Source: Eledone cirrhosa (taxonomy: Eukaryota). From it: a stretch of 64,000 nucleotides of DNA. The stretch lies in contig OZ024741.1 of the NCBI GenBank assembly GCA_964016885.1, forward strand, positions 339,450,001 to 339,514,000. Direction: 5' to 3'. The position numbers and the translations under genes are program-made. Shown here one piece after another: positions 13,592-27,500 of the stretch. Each line of letters begins with the position of its first letter. The stretch's first letter is position 1. Under the pieces are notes generated by a model that saw only the letters and a program-made list of their open reading frames with translations, did not search any database and was not told the DNA's origin.

Positions 13592-14072
13592 GCAGAGCAC
13601 TAGAAGTTGATGGAAACCGCGGAGTGGGGAGACCCAAGATGACTTGGGATGAGGTGATAAAAGCCGACCTTACCCAACTACACCTCTCAAAGTCAATGAC
13701 ACACGACCGTGACTTCTGGCGTCACACAGTAATACAGAGTACCCGACCTCCCATGGGTACATGCTGAAGCATATAAACAATATGCCCCCACACCCCCCAC
13801 CGCAAGGTGGTCGTGGAGGTGCCACGGCAAAAAAGCACCCAGCCCACACTGTAAAGTGGACGTGTAGGCGCCACGAAAAAGCACCCAGCACTCACTGTAA
13901 ATGAGGTTGGTGTTAGGAAGGGCATCCAGCTGTAGAAATCAAGCCAGATCAGTTCCTGTATGAGCAAGGCATGGTCAGCCGACCAGACACTGCCCACAAC
14001 AGGACAACCCGTCTAACCCATGCTAGCGTGGAAGAACGGACGTAAAACGGTGATGATGATGATGATGATGAT
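13592..14072 (+). mobile_element. RTE LINE 3' fragment
   Basis: GRPKMTWDEV, the shared 3' UTR (cccatgctagcgtggaagaacggacgtaaaacg) and a (GAT)n tail. Confidence 0.88.
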
Positions 14073-14176
14073 ATACACGTGCAAAAATAAACGAAAACAC
14101 CAAAACAAACACAGTGCAATGAATATATATATATATATATATAATATATATATATATAATATATATATATATATAC

Positions 14177-14239
<63 letters not shown>

Positions 14240-14247
<8 letters not shown>

Positions 14248-14816
14248 ATAAATTAACGGAGCCATAGACCCTCGCCATTCCCTGTGAGGAATGGCGAGGG
14301 TCTATATATAATTCATCCTTTGAGCACATTATTTACAGGGAATGGCGAGGGTCTATGGCTCCGTTAATTTATCGTGATATTTCGCTCCTTATAACAGTCT
14401 TTCCTATCTCTCTGTTTGGTTGAGCACACTTCTCTGAGTGGTTTTGGGCTGCCCTTTCTAGCAGCTCGTCCCTCAGAGGCTACTTAAACACGCTGTGACT
14501 TCTCTCTCCCACGTGTAGCTGGACAGTCACTTTTAAAATTCTCTTAGTGTTGTCTGAAATGTATAGCCTTACACACGCTGAGGAACCGGGTTTATTCCAT
14601 TTCTGTCAACAACTTACTGGCGAAACAGATCTCTTTGGATTTGTATGTGTGTTATATAGTTATAGAGGTATTTATTTATGCTTTAATTTATATTTTTAAT
14701 TATTGTGTCTATAGTCTGCCTTTAATAGGTTATAGATTCCATACACTGGTGGTTTTTTCCCTGTTTTATTGATAGCACACTGTATATCTCTCTCTAGTGT
14801 GTTACCTTTTCAACAT

Positions 14817-14820
<4 letters not shown>
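14240..14820 (+). mobile_element. HHR-bearing Penelope-like fragment with inverted 5' segment
   Basis: 46-bp perfect inverted repeat (14240-14285 / 14335-14380), then unique sequence containing the HHR at 14571. (TA)n on both sides. Confidence 0.65.
14571..14652 (+). ncRNA. Type I hammerhead ribozyme
   Basis: ACACACG-CUGAGGA-A-CCGG..CUGG-C-GAAA-CAGAUC(UCUUUG)GAUUUG-UA-UGUGUGU. Stem I 7 bp, stem III 6 bp, GUA triplet (cut after 14645). A:C mismatch at the base of stem II. Confidence 0.82.
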
Positions 14821-14864
<44 letters not shown>

Positions 14865-14895
14865 AAGAGAGAATGTAGGCATATGGATATATATA

Positions 14896-14986
14896 CAGGG
14901 TGTCCCCCAAAAATGTATACACACTTTACAGTCAATATTTATTAGAATGCTGTTATAGTGTGTATACATTTTTTGGAGACACCCTA
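14896..14986. mobile_element. Tiny Tc1/mariner-type MITE (~91 bp)
   Basis: TA|CAGGGTGTCCCCCAAAAATGTATACACACT...AGTGTGTATACATTTTTTGGAGACACCCTA|TA, with ~30-bp TIRs. Confidence 0.8.
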
Positions 14987-15189
14987 TATGTAATCCTTAT
15001 TATATTTAGAAAAGACTTTTACGTGACTAGAACTGTTTCATTTCTATGATATCATCAGGATGATGATTTCATAGGAATGAAAAAGTTCATATTATTATAT
15101 ATATATATATATATATTTATTTATATATATACAGTGTATATATATATATATGCCAAAACTGCTTAGCGCCATGGTTGAAATTTTACATC

Positions 15190-16011
<822 letters not shown>

Positions 16012-16035
16012 GACTGTGTTTCTTACTATATATTG

Positions 16036-16073
<38 letters not shown>

Positions 16074-16334
16074 ATGTGGATATATACATGAATATATGTA
16101 TGTATACGAGGGTCATCTGTAAAGTTCATAGGATGACCAAGATACTCTCATAGAATAACCAAATGAGATATATTTTTCAACATAATTCCTGGAAAGAAAA
16201 ATGCAGTTATTAAAAAGAGTTGAAATTAATGCATGCAAAATTTTACAGCTCTAGCACCACTCCTTCATAGTCTTCCTGGGTTCAATCAGGGTAACCACAA
16301 TAAGTAGTATATACATTAGTAGAATGTAAACATT

Positions 16335-16470
16335 AAATTTAATATAGAAATGGCTTCTACAGGACTAGAATTGTTTAATTCGAAGGAAATCATCAGGAAA
16401 ACTTTCCTGGTGATTTTTTTCGAATGAAACAGTTTCTAGTCCTGTAGAAGCAAATTTCTATATTAAATTT
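16335..16470. repeat. ~136-bp palindrome with HHR-like arms
   Basis: aaatttaatatagaaat..gcttctacaggactagaa..aaatcatcagg / cctggtgattt..gaaacagtttctagtcctgtagaagc..atttctatattaaattt. Confidence 0.8.
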
Positions 16471-16688
16471 GATATATATATAGATGAGAAAGATATTCTT
16501 TAGATAATTTACAACCTGGAGTCTATGGTCAGTTGAAGAAATCAGAATCGCTAATTGACACATCAATTGCAAGTCGCTCCACAAATTATGAATACAAATA
16601 GCTGGAAGGACCCTTTTAGGAACTCATATGTTTGCTGGGCACGCAAGATGTTTTTATTTTGTCTGCAGCATATCACATAAACAGATAT

Positions 16689-16779
16689 TTCATCTGATGA
16701 TATCATTCCCATGCCAGCAACAGATACATATAATATATCTTGGATTGCATAAGGGAACCATTGAAATAATTATAATGAA
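16689..16779 (+). ncRNA. Type I hammerhead ribozyme with palindromic minimal stem III
   Basis: UUCAU-CUGAUGA-U-AUCAUUCCC..GGGAACCAU-U-GAAA-UAAUUA-UA-AUGAA, followed by AATAAA. Stem II is imperfect. Confidence 0.68.
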
Positions 16780-17356
16780 TAAACGATTCATATTATAATA
16801 TCAGCATCTTTCTTAGTGTTATTCTTATATAAATATATATATATAAAGAATGGTGTGCTTATGTACGCACACACACACAGAATGGTGTGCTTATTCACAG
16901 AGATGCGCTAGAATAGCTTCTAAAATAGGGTGAAGATGCTTAGACATGGAAAAAAAAGTTGCCATCAGCTGCTATAAGGAATTGAACCCGATATCTCAAG
17001 TGTTAGGGCTGGTGGCACGTGATTCATGTTTGTGTGCATATGTATAAACATATACAAAGCCATCAAAGTATGGGAGGGTAGAGAGTATGGTGTGGGTGGT
17101 GTTTCATCTCCCACCTCCACATATTCTCTAACACTTTTTCTGGTGTATGCTTGTAACACCTATTTGCTGTTGGTATTTCATAATGCAGGCATAACTTCCA
17201 GTGTTTTTAAATCCAAACACTGTTATATATATATTTGCAGTTACTTACTGTGTTCTACTTTATTATGTACTTTTGAGGGTTTCTAGTGGGGAGGTTTTGA
17301 TCTTGAGCTGTGATTAAAAATCTTTGAGTTTCAATTTTTAGTTTGATTTTGAGCTT

Positions 17357-17571
17357 CATTTACATTACTCTATATTTACTATTATATTTTCAAGGTAAAG
17401 ACTTTACCTCACATAATTATATCACACAATATCACAAATTTATGAGATTTTGATATTATTTATTTTGAGAACAATACCTTAACATCAGTATGAGTGGCTT
17501 GTTATGGCTGGTTTGAACAGAAAGAGGTGAGAGAATTCTGGCCGCATATGGCCGGTTTAAATGCTAAAGGG
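17357..17571. mobile_element. TTAA-type MITE copy with eroded left end
   Basis: Body matches 10608-10798 and ends AAATGCTAAAGGG. Confidence 0.7.
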
Positions 17572-18404
17572 TAAACTAACTTTGTGAATTTTGTCTGTTT
17601 ACTTCTTCTCTATTCAGCTTTTTCGGGTATTGGTCATGTAAGGATTTTTCTTGTCATCATTTTAACATGATATTCTGTTTTCAATTTAGATTTTATTTTT
17701 CCTCTCATTTCTGTTACTGTTTCTTTATTTTATATAATTTTGTTTATAATTATTTCTCAATTCAGCTAATGTTGAGAACTTATTGGCTTCCCTGAAGAGA
17801 CAAAACAATATTCTGTTTTGTTCATGTTTTGTGGCTATTTGTATTAACTCTCCAGTTTTCTTCATTAGATATTTTTGTAGCCCTACAGTGATTATTTTAT
17901 AATAGTTTTCTAGTTGCACACGGCCCCTTCTTTTTTGTGTTCAAAGTAGGTAAAATCTTTCTATACTTGATTTTGGGTGGTGTATTTTAAATGCAGTCAT
18001 TATTTTTGTTATTGTTCTGTCTAGTCTTGTTAGTTCTTTTAGTTTTCTGTTCAGAATATTAGAGATATTATATTTATTGATAAAAATACTACTGAGGCTG
18101 TTATTGATGTCTGTTACCTGTATCCTCCATGTTTAACCAACCATTTTATTTCTACTATTTTCTCTTTGGTGATATCTTCTTTTCCTTTATTTGATGTAAA
18201 CCCTACATTGTGGTATTTTTGTCCTTATATTTTTCCCACTGTCTTGGGCCCTTGTGGCCAATAAAAGAAATCCTTCTCCTCCTCACCACCACTACCATAA
18301 CCACCATCCATCCATAATCTTATATTTTATAAATGCATTATGTGTGTGTATTTATTTGTATATAAGTATATGTATATAAATATCATTCTTTTTAATTTCA
18401 GATA

Positions 18405-20840
18405 ATGGAGTGTTCTGTGGGTGTTTCTTTGTTATTGTTGCTGTGGAACAATAATATGAAGCTCATTAAATTGTGTCTGCTACTGTTAATGTTAAGTGGG
18501 GCCCAGTCTTTGGATGTTACCTATCACGTGGATGAACAAAAGGCACCCAGTACTTACATAGGAAACATTGCAGCAGACACACACCTTCTTGACTATAAAA
18601 TGGTGACATTCAGCAATTTAAAGAAAGGCAAAGGTCGGAGTACTGAGATGTTTAATGTCTCTAAAAGTGGAGAGCTTTACACAGCTCAAATGTTAGATGC
18701 TGAGACTTTGTGTAAATATAATACTGAGTGCTACAGAATCGTTGATGTTGCTGTGCAAAATATGGATTCTTTTATTAAAATACTGGAAGTGAAAGTAATT
18801 ATAAATGATATTAATGACCACCAGCCTGAGTTTCCTGTTAAAAACATAACTCTCCAATTTGATGAAGGAGATAGAAAAGGTATGGTAAAGTTTATACCAA
18901 ATGCTATAGACAGAGATGTTGGCATTCTGAATTCACAAATTACATACATGCTGGAAAGAAATGTCGATGATCCATTCAAATTATCTGTTACTAAAACAGT
19001 TGACGGCACAGCCAAACTGGGAATTGTTTTAGACAAAAGTCTAGACAGAGAAATAAAAGATATTTATAACATGAGAGTGAAAGCAAGAGATGGAGGCTCT
19101 CCTTCAAGGTTAGGTTTTCTAGATATTTATATAAACGTAGCTGATCTTAATGATAACCCACCTGTTTTCTCTAAGAGTATTTATAATGTTTCTCTTGAAA
19201 ATACACATCACTTTGATTCTCCACTTGTTACAATGTCTGCAACAGACCTTGATTCTGGGAAAAATGGTAAATTTTTATTTCATATTAATTCAAAAACATC
19301 GAATTTGACAAAGGCTTATTTTCGGCTTGATCCAATAACAGGCGAGATATTTCTGAGCAATAAATTTCGATTGGAAAAACGTCGAACATATAAATTGTTT
19401 ATTGAAGCAAGTGATAGTGGCAGTCCCTCGCTAAGTTCAACAGCAATTGTTCTGATAAACATCATCAACCAGCAGAATAATCCTCCATCAATAGAAGTTA
19501 ACTTTTTTTCAGAATCCACTGGGGACACAGTTACCATTTCTGAAGGAATCAAAGTTGGCAGTTTCATTGCCTATGTGAAGGTTACTGATAATGACAATGG
19601 ACTAAATGGAGAGGTCAGCTGTGATCTTTACCATGATAAAGTCCAGCTTCAGAGCTTAGGCAGAAATAAATACAAAGTAGTCATAAAAAACCTTGTTGAC
19701 AGAGAACGGGAAGATTCTATTGATTTTACCATTAGTTGCCGAGATAAAGGATCTCCTCCCCTTCACACTGAAAATTCATTCTCTGTACAAGTGATGGACG
19801 TCAATGATGTACGACCACAGTTTACCAAAGACACTTTCAGATTTCTGACCTATGAAAATGAGAAAATAAATTTCCCAGTTGGTTTTATCAATGCAACAGA
19901 CCAAGATGAAGGCTTGGGAGGTCAATTGAGTTTTTATCTAGAACAAAGCAAAAACCATTTATTTCCTTTCCAAATTTCCAATTTTGGATTTATTCTGACG
20001 ACTGAATCATTAGACCGAGAACAACAGGACGTTTATGAATTCAAAGTTTTAGTGAAAGACAATGGAACACCATCCCTTAACAACACAGCTAATGTAATTG
20101 TTGAAGTCATGGATGAGAATGACAATGCTCCATATTTCAGTTTCCCAAGTGTTAATCCTTTCAGTCTGGATGTTCACTATCATCCTCAAAGCAAGAATGA
20201 CATCACAGTTCTAAGAGCTTCTGATAGAGACAGCTATGAAAATGCTTTCCTAAAATATGAAATTCTGAGTGGTAATGACAAACAGCTTTTCACTGTAAAT
20301 CCTTACAGTGGTGTTCTATCATTTTCACGTACTGTTTACCAAAATGATGCTGGTTCATATCAGCTTCAATTTGTGGTGAAAGACAGTGGAACACCTGTGC
20401 TTTCTGCTAAGACTACAATGTCTTTGATGTTAACTGTGAGTAATAAAACAACAAAACTTATGACTACTGTCTATTCTAAGTCAGACAAAAAAATTCACAT
20501 CAATTTGTTCATAATAATATTGGTGGCAATTCTAATTGTATCTATTGCAATTGTAGTCTCAATTACCATGTGCATTGTACGCAGGAATAACCAGCGGGCT
20601 GCACACTTTGCCAACACTAGCGAATTTGTGGATGAAAGCAGACAACTGAAATTTTACACGGATGAAATGACATCTCAAAGTGGAACTCCAGTGGCAGTTC
20701 CTGATTTAGGAAAGTATGAAAAAGCACACATGTCTGACTTTTGTGCAGATTCTCACACTGGACTAGATTCTAGTCTGGAGTCAAGGAAAGTTTCTGCATC
20801 AGGAATACACTGTCAAGCTACAACAGAGGGGACACACCCA
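18405..20840 (+). CDS. Protocadherin, large coding exon: signal peptide, 6 cadherin (EC) repeats, TM helix and start of the cytoplasmic tail; continues in downstream exon(s) not identified
   Basis: 828-aa ORF. Signal peptide MKLIKLCLLLLMLSGAQS. EC1 carries C-X5-C (CKYNTEC). Linkers DINDHQPEF, DLNDNPPVF, NQQNNPPSI, DVNDVRPQF, DENDNAPYF, plus LDRE/VDRE and AxDxD motifs. TM INLFIIILVAILIVSIAIVVSITMCIV. Acceptor ttttaatttcag ends at 18401 and donor CCA|GTAAGT is at 20840/20841 (phase 0), so ORF bases 20841-20891 are probably intronic. Confidence 0.96.
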
Positions 20841-21856
20841 GTAAGTAATCAATTGAACTATTTCAGGTTTTTGTGTTGTTTCAGTCTATAAGAAAACTTT
20901 GTGCATCTGCATTCATAAACCCATGGCATATTGGTTAGGCTGTCAGGCTCATGATCACAAGATCGTGGGTATGATTCCTTGACCAAGTAGCATGCTGTGT
21001 TCTTGAGCAATATCCTTCATTTTACATTGCTTTTCATGATAGGATTAGAGCTCTTATTAAAACATCAAGAAAACCAAGTGCTGAATTAACCTAGTAGTAT
21101 GAACAACATTTGCTAGGGGTCGTCAATTTCCAGGGACCTTGTGCTAAGTGTTTCATACTATTGTACAACACTACCTTTAATATTTATGACACATTTTAAA
21201 AACAAATTAGGGTCCCTTTATAGTATATGTTACAGGTTCTGCACTAACCTGGTTCAACACTAAAAAATGCACTATGAGATACCACACATGAGGCCAGCTA
21301 AACTTACTTAGCTACATAGGTGTGAGGTGTGCATTTTATTGGTTTTACTCAATAAATTGCACAAATATTCTTTATGTGGTTCAGTTTTGTTGAGTAATGA
21401 CTGTGGCATAGTATAATGATCATTAAGATCATGATGATGATGAGGATGATGTTGTTACAACAACATCTTTCTTCCTCTCTGTACGGTCTCAGGGCTAAAT
21501 TGTAGTGTGTAATGGTCTTGAATTTGACATGTGTGCATGAGTGTATGTCTGTGTGAGTACATGAGTGTGCATGTGTGTTTGTGTGTGTACGTGTGTGTGT
21601 GTGTGTGTGTGTGTGTCTGTCTGTCTCTGTGTGTCAGTATTTACACAGAGGTCTATACAGTTAACATTTACATATTGTTGTTTATCTATGACCAATACCT
21701 CTACTGTGACCAACACTACTACTTTTACCACAGTTAACACCATCACCACTATCACCATTACCACCACCACTGTCACCATTACCACCACCACTGTCATCAC
21801 CATTATCACTACCCCTACATCAAGCATCACTGCCATCCCTATTATCACCACCATGC

Positions 21857-23425
21857 TGGGCTCTTAGAAAACTAGGTGTAGATGAATGGCTTGTGAGAGC
21901 TATACAAGCCATGTATAAAGAAACAGTCAGCAAGGTTAGAATTAACAACGAATATAGGGAAGAGTTTAGCGTAAAAGTTGGTGTTCATCAGGGCTCCGTC
22001 CTTAGCCCCTCCTATTTATTATCGCCCTCCAAGCTATAACGGAGGAGTTCAAGACCAGCTGCCCATGGGAACTTCTATACGCAGATGATCTAACGCTCAT
22101 AGCGGAATCAATCGCTGAACTAGAGAAGAAATTCCAAACATGGAAGCATAGCCTAGAATCAAAAGGTCTTAAAGTTAACTTGTCTAAGACTAAAGTCCTA
22201 ATATGTAGGAAGGAGAATAGGCCACTGGTCCCATCTGGGAAATGGCCATGCTCAGTGTGTAGGAAAGGAGTAGGCAGAAACTCCATTTTATGTCCCAAAT
22301 GCAAAGTTTGGGTGCATAAAAGATGTAGTGGGATCACAGGTAAGCTAACTAAGAATATAGATTTTATATGTGGCCGGTGCTCTGGTGCAATAAGTAGCAG
22401 CAAATGCCCACAGAATACTAGCCCATTCCATTGCACAGATGGTTCTATAGAAATAGTGGACACCTTCCATTACCTGGGTGACAAAATCAGCAGTGGTGGA
22501 GGGTGCTCCGAAAGTACTGTAGCTAGAGTCCGAACGGGATAGAAAAAGTTCAGAGAGCTTATACCACTATTGGCCGCTAAAGGTTTCTCTCTAAAAATAA
22601 AAGGCAGGCTATATGATGCCTGCATACGAACAGCAATGATACATGGCAGTGAGACATGGGTATTGTGTGCAGAGGATCTACGCAGACTGGAGAAGAACGA
22701 AGCTTGCATGCTCCGTTGGATGTATAATAGTAATATACGCGAACGGCAAAGCATAAATGAACTAAGTGAGAAATTAGGAATAAGAGGGATCAGATGCTGT
22801 TTACTCGAGAGAAGACTACGTTGGTATGGTCACGTGATGCGCATGAAAGACGACAGCTGTATAAAAAAGTGCAGGGCGATCAAAATATATGGTAGCTACG
22901 GAGTAGGTAGACCCAGAAAAACCTGGGACGACTTGATAAAATCCGACCTCACACACTTACAGTGCTCCAAGACAATGTCACTGGACCAAGATCTTTGGCG
23001 CTATGTAGTAATACAGAAGACCCGCCTTGCCTAAGTACAAAGCGAAACCTACAGTCAGTAGGCACATCTTAACCAAAATACACCTCCGTCCCACTAACCC
23101 TACTCCCATCGCCATCTACACCACCCCTTTCGATGTAAAGCTATGTTGGTACCACAACATTCAGTCCTTAATAAATGAGGTCATGTAGGTGTCACAACAA
23201 AAAAACACACAGTTCACGCTGTAATGTGGCCATGTAGGTAACACATTAAAAACCTCCCAGTCCATACTGTAAACGTGGTTGGTGTTAGGAAGGGCATCCA
23301 GCCGTAGAAAACCTGCCAGACAGTCCTGAGCAAGATGACCAATCTTGCCTCAAGTGGGACAATTTTCGTCCAGACCCATGCTAGCGTGGAAGATGGACGT
23401 TAAACGATGATGATGATGATGATGA
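21857..23425 (+). mobile_element. 5'-truncated RTE-clade LINE (RT C-terminal half, Cys-rich insert, 3' UTR, (GAT)n tail)
   Basis: GVHQGSVLSPLLF, LLYADDL and KTKV motifs, then CxxC..CxxC..HxxC..CxxC, then YLGD, RRLRWYGHV and GRPRKTW. One premature stop at 22540-22542 (probable TGG->TAG). ORF ends at 23034. Confidence 0.93.
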
Positions 23426-23579
23426 CTGTCACTGCCATCAACAATACCTTTACCACCACCACCACACTCTTCTACCTCCACTATCATCTTTACAACCACC
23501 CTCTTATATCACCACTACCACCACAACCACTGCTACTACCACCTTCACAACCCCCGTCTCTCTTCCACCACCACCCCTC

Positions 23580-26120
23580 AACCACTACTACCATCACCTT
23601 CACAACCCCTCTCCCTCTTCTACCCCTCCCACCTCAGCCATTATTACTACCACTATAACCACTACCACCACCACTATAACCACTACCACCACCACTATAA
23701 CCACTACCAGCACCACTATAACCACTACCACCACCACCACTATAACCACTACCACCACCACTATAACCACTGCCACCACCACTATAACCACTACCACCAC
23801 CACTATAACCACTGTCACCACCACTATAACCACTACCACCACCACTATAACCACTACCACCACCACTATAACCACTACCACCACCACTATAACCACTACC
23901 ACCACCACCACTATAACCACTACCACCACCACTATAACCACTGCCACCACCACTATAACCACTACCACCACCACTATAACCACTACCACCACCACTATAA
24001 CCACTATCACCACCACTATAAGAACTACCACCACCACCAATATAACCACTACCACCACCACCACTATAACCACTACCACCACCACCACTATAACCACTGC
24101 CACCACCACTATAACCACTACTACCACCACTATAACCACTGCCACCACCACTTTAACCACTACCACCACCTTTATAACCACTACCACCACCACTATAACC
24201 ACCACCAGTATAACCACTACCACCACCACTATAACCACTACCAACACCTTTATAACCACTACCACCACCACTATAACCACCACCAGTATAACCACTATCA
24301 CCACCACTATAACCACTACCACCACCACTATAACCACTACCACCACCACCACTATAACCACTGCCACCACCACTATAACCACTACCACCACCACCTTCAC
24401 CACTACCACCAGCACTATAACCACTACCACCACCACCTTCACCACTACCACCAGCACTATAATCACTACCACAACCACCACTAATAATCACTACCAACAC
24501 CACCACTATAACCACTACCACCACCACCTTAACCACTACCACCACCGCCACTATAACCACTACCACCACCACTATAACCACTATCACTACCACTACCACC
24601 ACCACTTTAACTACTACCACCACCACTATAACCACTACCACTTTAACCACTACCACTTTAACCACTACCACCATACTTTAACGACCACCACCACCATCAC
24701 TATAACCACTACCACCTTAACCACTACCACCACCACCACTATAACCACTGCTTTAACCACTACCACCACCTCTTTAATCACTACCACCACCACTATAACC
24801 TCTACCACCACCACCACTTTAACCACTGCCACCATCACTATAACCACTACCACCACCACTTTAACCATTACCACCATCACCTTAACCACTACCACCACCA
24901 CCACTTTAACTACTACCACCACCACTATAACCACTACCACCTTAACCACTACCACCACCACCACCACTATAACCACTACCACCACCACCACTTTACTACT
25001 ACCACCATCACTATAACCACCATCACTATAACCACTACCACCTTAACCACTACCACCACCACCACCACTATAACCACTACCACCACCACCACTTTACTAC
25101 TACCACCACCACTATAACCACTACCACCACCACTATAACCACTACCACCACCACTATAACCACTACCACCACCACTATAACCACTACCACCACCACTATA
25201 ACCACTACCACCACCACCTTCACCACTACCACCAGCACTATAACCACTACCACCACCACCTTCACCACTACCACCAGCACTATAATCACTACCACAACCA
25301 CCACTAATAATCACTACCAACACCACCACTATAACCACTACCACCACCACCTTAACCACTACCACCACCGCCATTATAACCACTACCACCACCACTATAA
25401 CCACTATCACTACCACTACCACCACCACTTTAACTACTACCACCACCACTATAACCACTACCACTTTAACCACTACCACTACCACTTTAACCACTACCAC
25501 CATCACTTTAACGCCCACCACCACCACCACTATAACCACTAGCACCTTAACCACTACCACCACCACCACTATAACCACTGCTTTAACCACTACCACCACT
25601 ACCACCACCTCTTTAAGCACTACCACCACCACTATAACCTCTACCACCACCACCACTTTAACCACTGCCACCATCACTATAACCACTACCACCACCACTA
25701 CCACCACCACTTTAACCATTACCACCATCACCTTAACCACTACCACCACCACCACTTTAACTACTACCACCACCACTATAACCACTACCACCTTAACCAC
25801 TACCACCACCACCACCACTATAACCACTACCACCACCACTACCACTGCCACCACCACTATAACCACTACCACCATCACTTTAACCACTGCCACCACCACT
25901 ATAACCACTACCACCATCACTTTAACCACTACCACCACTATAACCACTACTTTAACCACTACCACCACCACCTTAACATCTACTACCACCACTATAACAA
26001 CTACCACCACTACTACCACCACCACTATAACCACTACTATACCCACTACCACCACCTTCACAGCCCCCTTCCACCACTACCACCACCACTATAACAACTA
26101 CCACCACCACCACCTTATCA
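23580..26120. repeat. (ACC/ACT/ATA) trinucleotide-based compound array
   Basis: ~21-bp unit accactataaccactaccacc, with larger block duplications. Confidence 0.92.
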
Positions 26121-26324
26121 CCCCCTTCATTTTCTTTAGTAGAACGTACTAAATGCATTTGGCGTAAAAAAAAGATTACAAAGTAAACTGCAGTTTCCTG
26201 TCAATGCATGACAGCGTCGCTGATTGCCATTATGTGCATATGTGCATATGTGCACACTCCTGCACATTGCATTGACAGGTAGTGTTGACACTTTTGGCAC
26301 TATTGTCATTATTACTTCATGGTT

Positions 26325-27500
26325 AATTGTGATGGTGGGGTGTGTGTGTGACGATGGTGGGGTGTGTGATGGTGGTGGAGGGGTGTATGGCGGTGGTGGA
26401 GGGGGTGACGATGGTGGGTGATGGTGGTGGTGTGTGTGAGGTTGGAGGGTGTGTGTGTGACGATGGTGGTGGGGTGTGTTGCGATGGGGTGTGCGTGACG
26501 ATGGAGGGTGCGTGTGTGACGATGGTGGTGTGTGTGACGATGGAGGGTGTGTGTGTGACGATGGTGGTGTGTATGTGATGGTAGTGGTGTGTATGTGATG
26601 GTGGTGGTGTGTATGTGATGGTGGTGGTGTGTATGTGATGGTAGTGGTGTGTGTGTGATGGTGGTGGTGTGTGTGTGATGGTAGTGGTGTGTGCGTGATG
26701 GTGGTGGTGTGTGTGTGACGATGGCGGGTGTGTATGTGATGGTAGTGGTGTGTATGTGATGGTAGTGGTGTGTGTGTGACGATGGTGGTGTGTATGTGAT
26801 GGTAGTGGTGTGTATGTGATGGTAGTGGTGTGTGTGTGATGGTGGTGGTGTGTGTGTGATGGTAGTGGTGTGTGTGTGACGATGGCGGGTGTGTATGTGA
26901 TGGTGGTGGTGTGTATGTGATGGTAGTGGTGTGTATGTGATGGTAGTGGTGTGTGTGTGATGGTGGTGGTGTGTGTGTGACGATGGTGGTGTGTATGTGA
27001 TGGTAGTGGTGTGTGATGGTAGTGGTGTGTATGTGATGGTAGTGGTGTGTATGTGATAGTAGTGGTGTGTGTGTGACGATGGTGGTGTGTATGTGATGGT
27101 AGTGGTGTGTATGTGATGGTAGTGGTGTGTGTGTGATGGTAGTGGTGTGTATGTGATGGTAGTGGTGTGTGTGATGGTAGTGGTGTGTATGTGATGGTGG
27201 TGGTGTGTATGTGATGATGGTGGTGTCTGACGATGGTGGTGTCTGACGATGGTGGTGTGTATGTGATGGTGGTGGTGTGTGTGACGATGGAGGGTGTGTG
27301 TGATGATGGAGGTGGTGGGGTGTGTGACGGTGGAGGGGTGTGTGGCGACGGTGGAGGGCGAATGTGACAGTGGAGGAGGGGTGTGTGACGGTGGAGGGGT
27401 GTGTGACGACGGTCGAAGGGTGTGTGACGACGGTGGAGGGGTGTGTGACGACGGTGGAGGGTGAATGTGACAGTGGAGGAGGGGTGTGTGACGGTGGTCG
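26325..27500. repeat. ~20-bp GT-rich array
   Basis: Unit gtgtgtatgtgatggtagtg. Confidence 0.9.

Noticed and set aside
16104-16190. TACGAGGGT mariner-like terminus
   Set aside because: No matching second TIR or transposase was found, so it is too fragmentary to call.
20841-20891. ORF-track C-terminus VSNQLNYFRFLCCFSL of the protocadherin
   Set aside because: It begins at a consensus GTAAGT donor and is likely intron read-through, though an unspliced isoform cannot be excluded.
23600-26158. Poly-Val ORFs and a GGGSGYS-repeat frame resembling Gly/Tyr-rich structural proteins
   Set aside because: The frame shifts repeatedly between V-rich and G/S/Y-rich readings, and there is no signal peptide or splice context. 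Best explained as a trinucleotide array.
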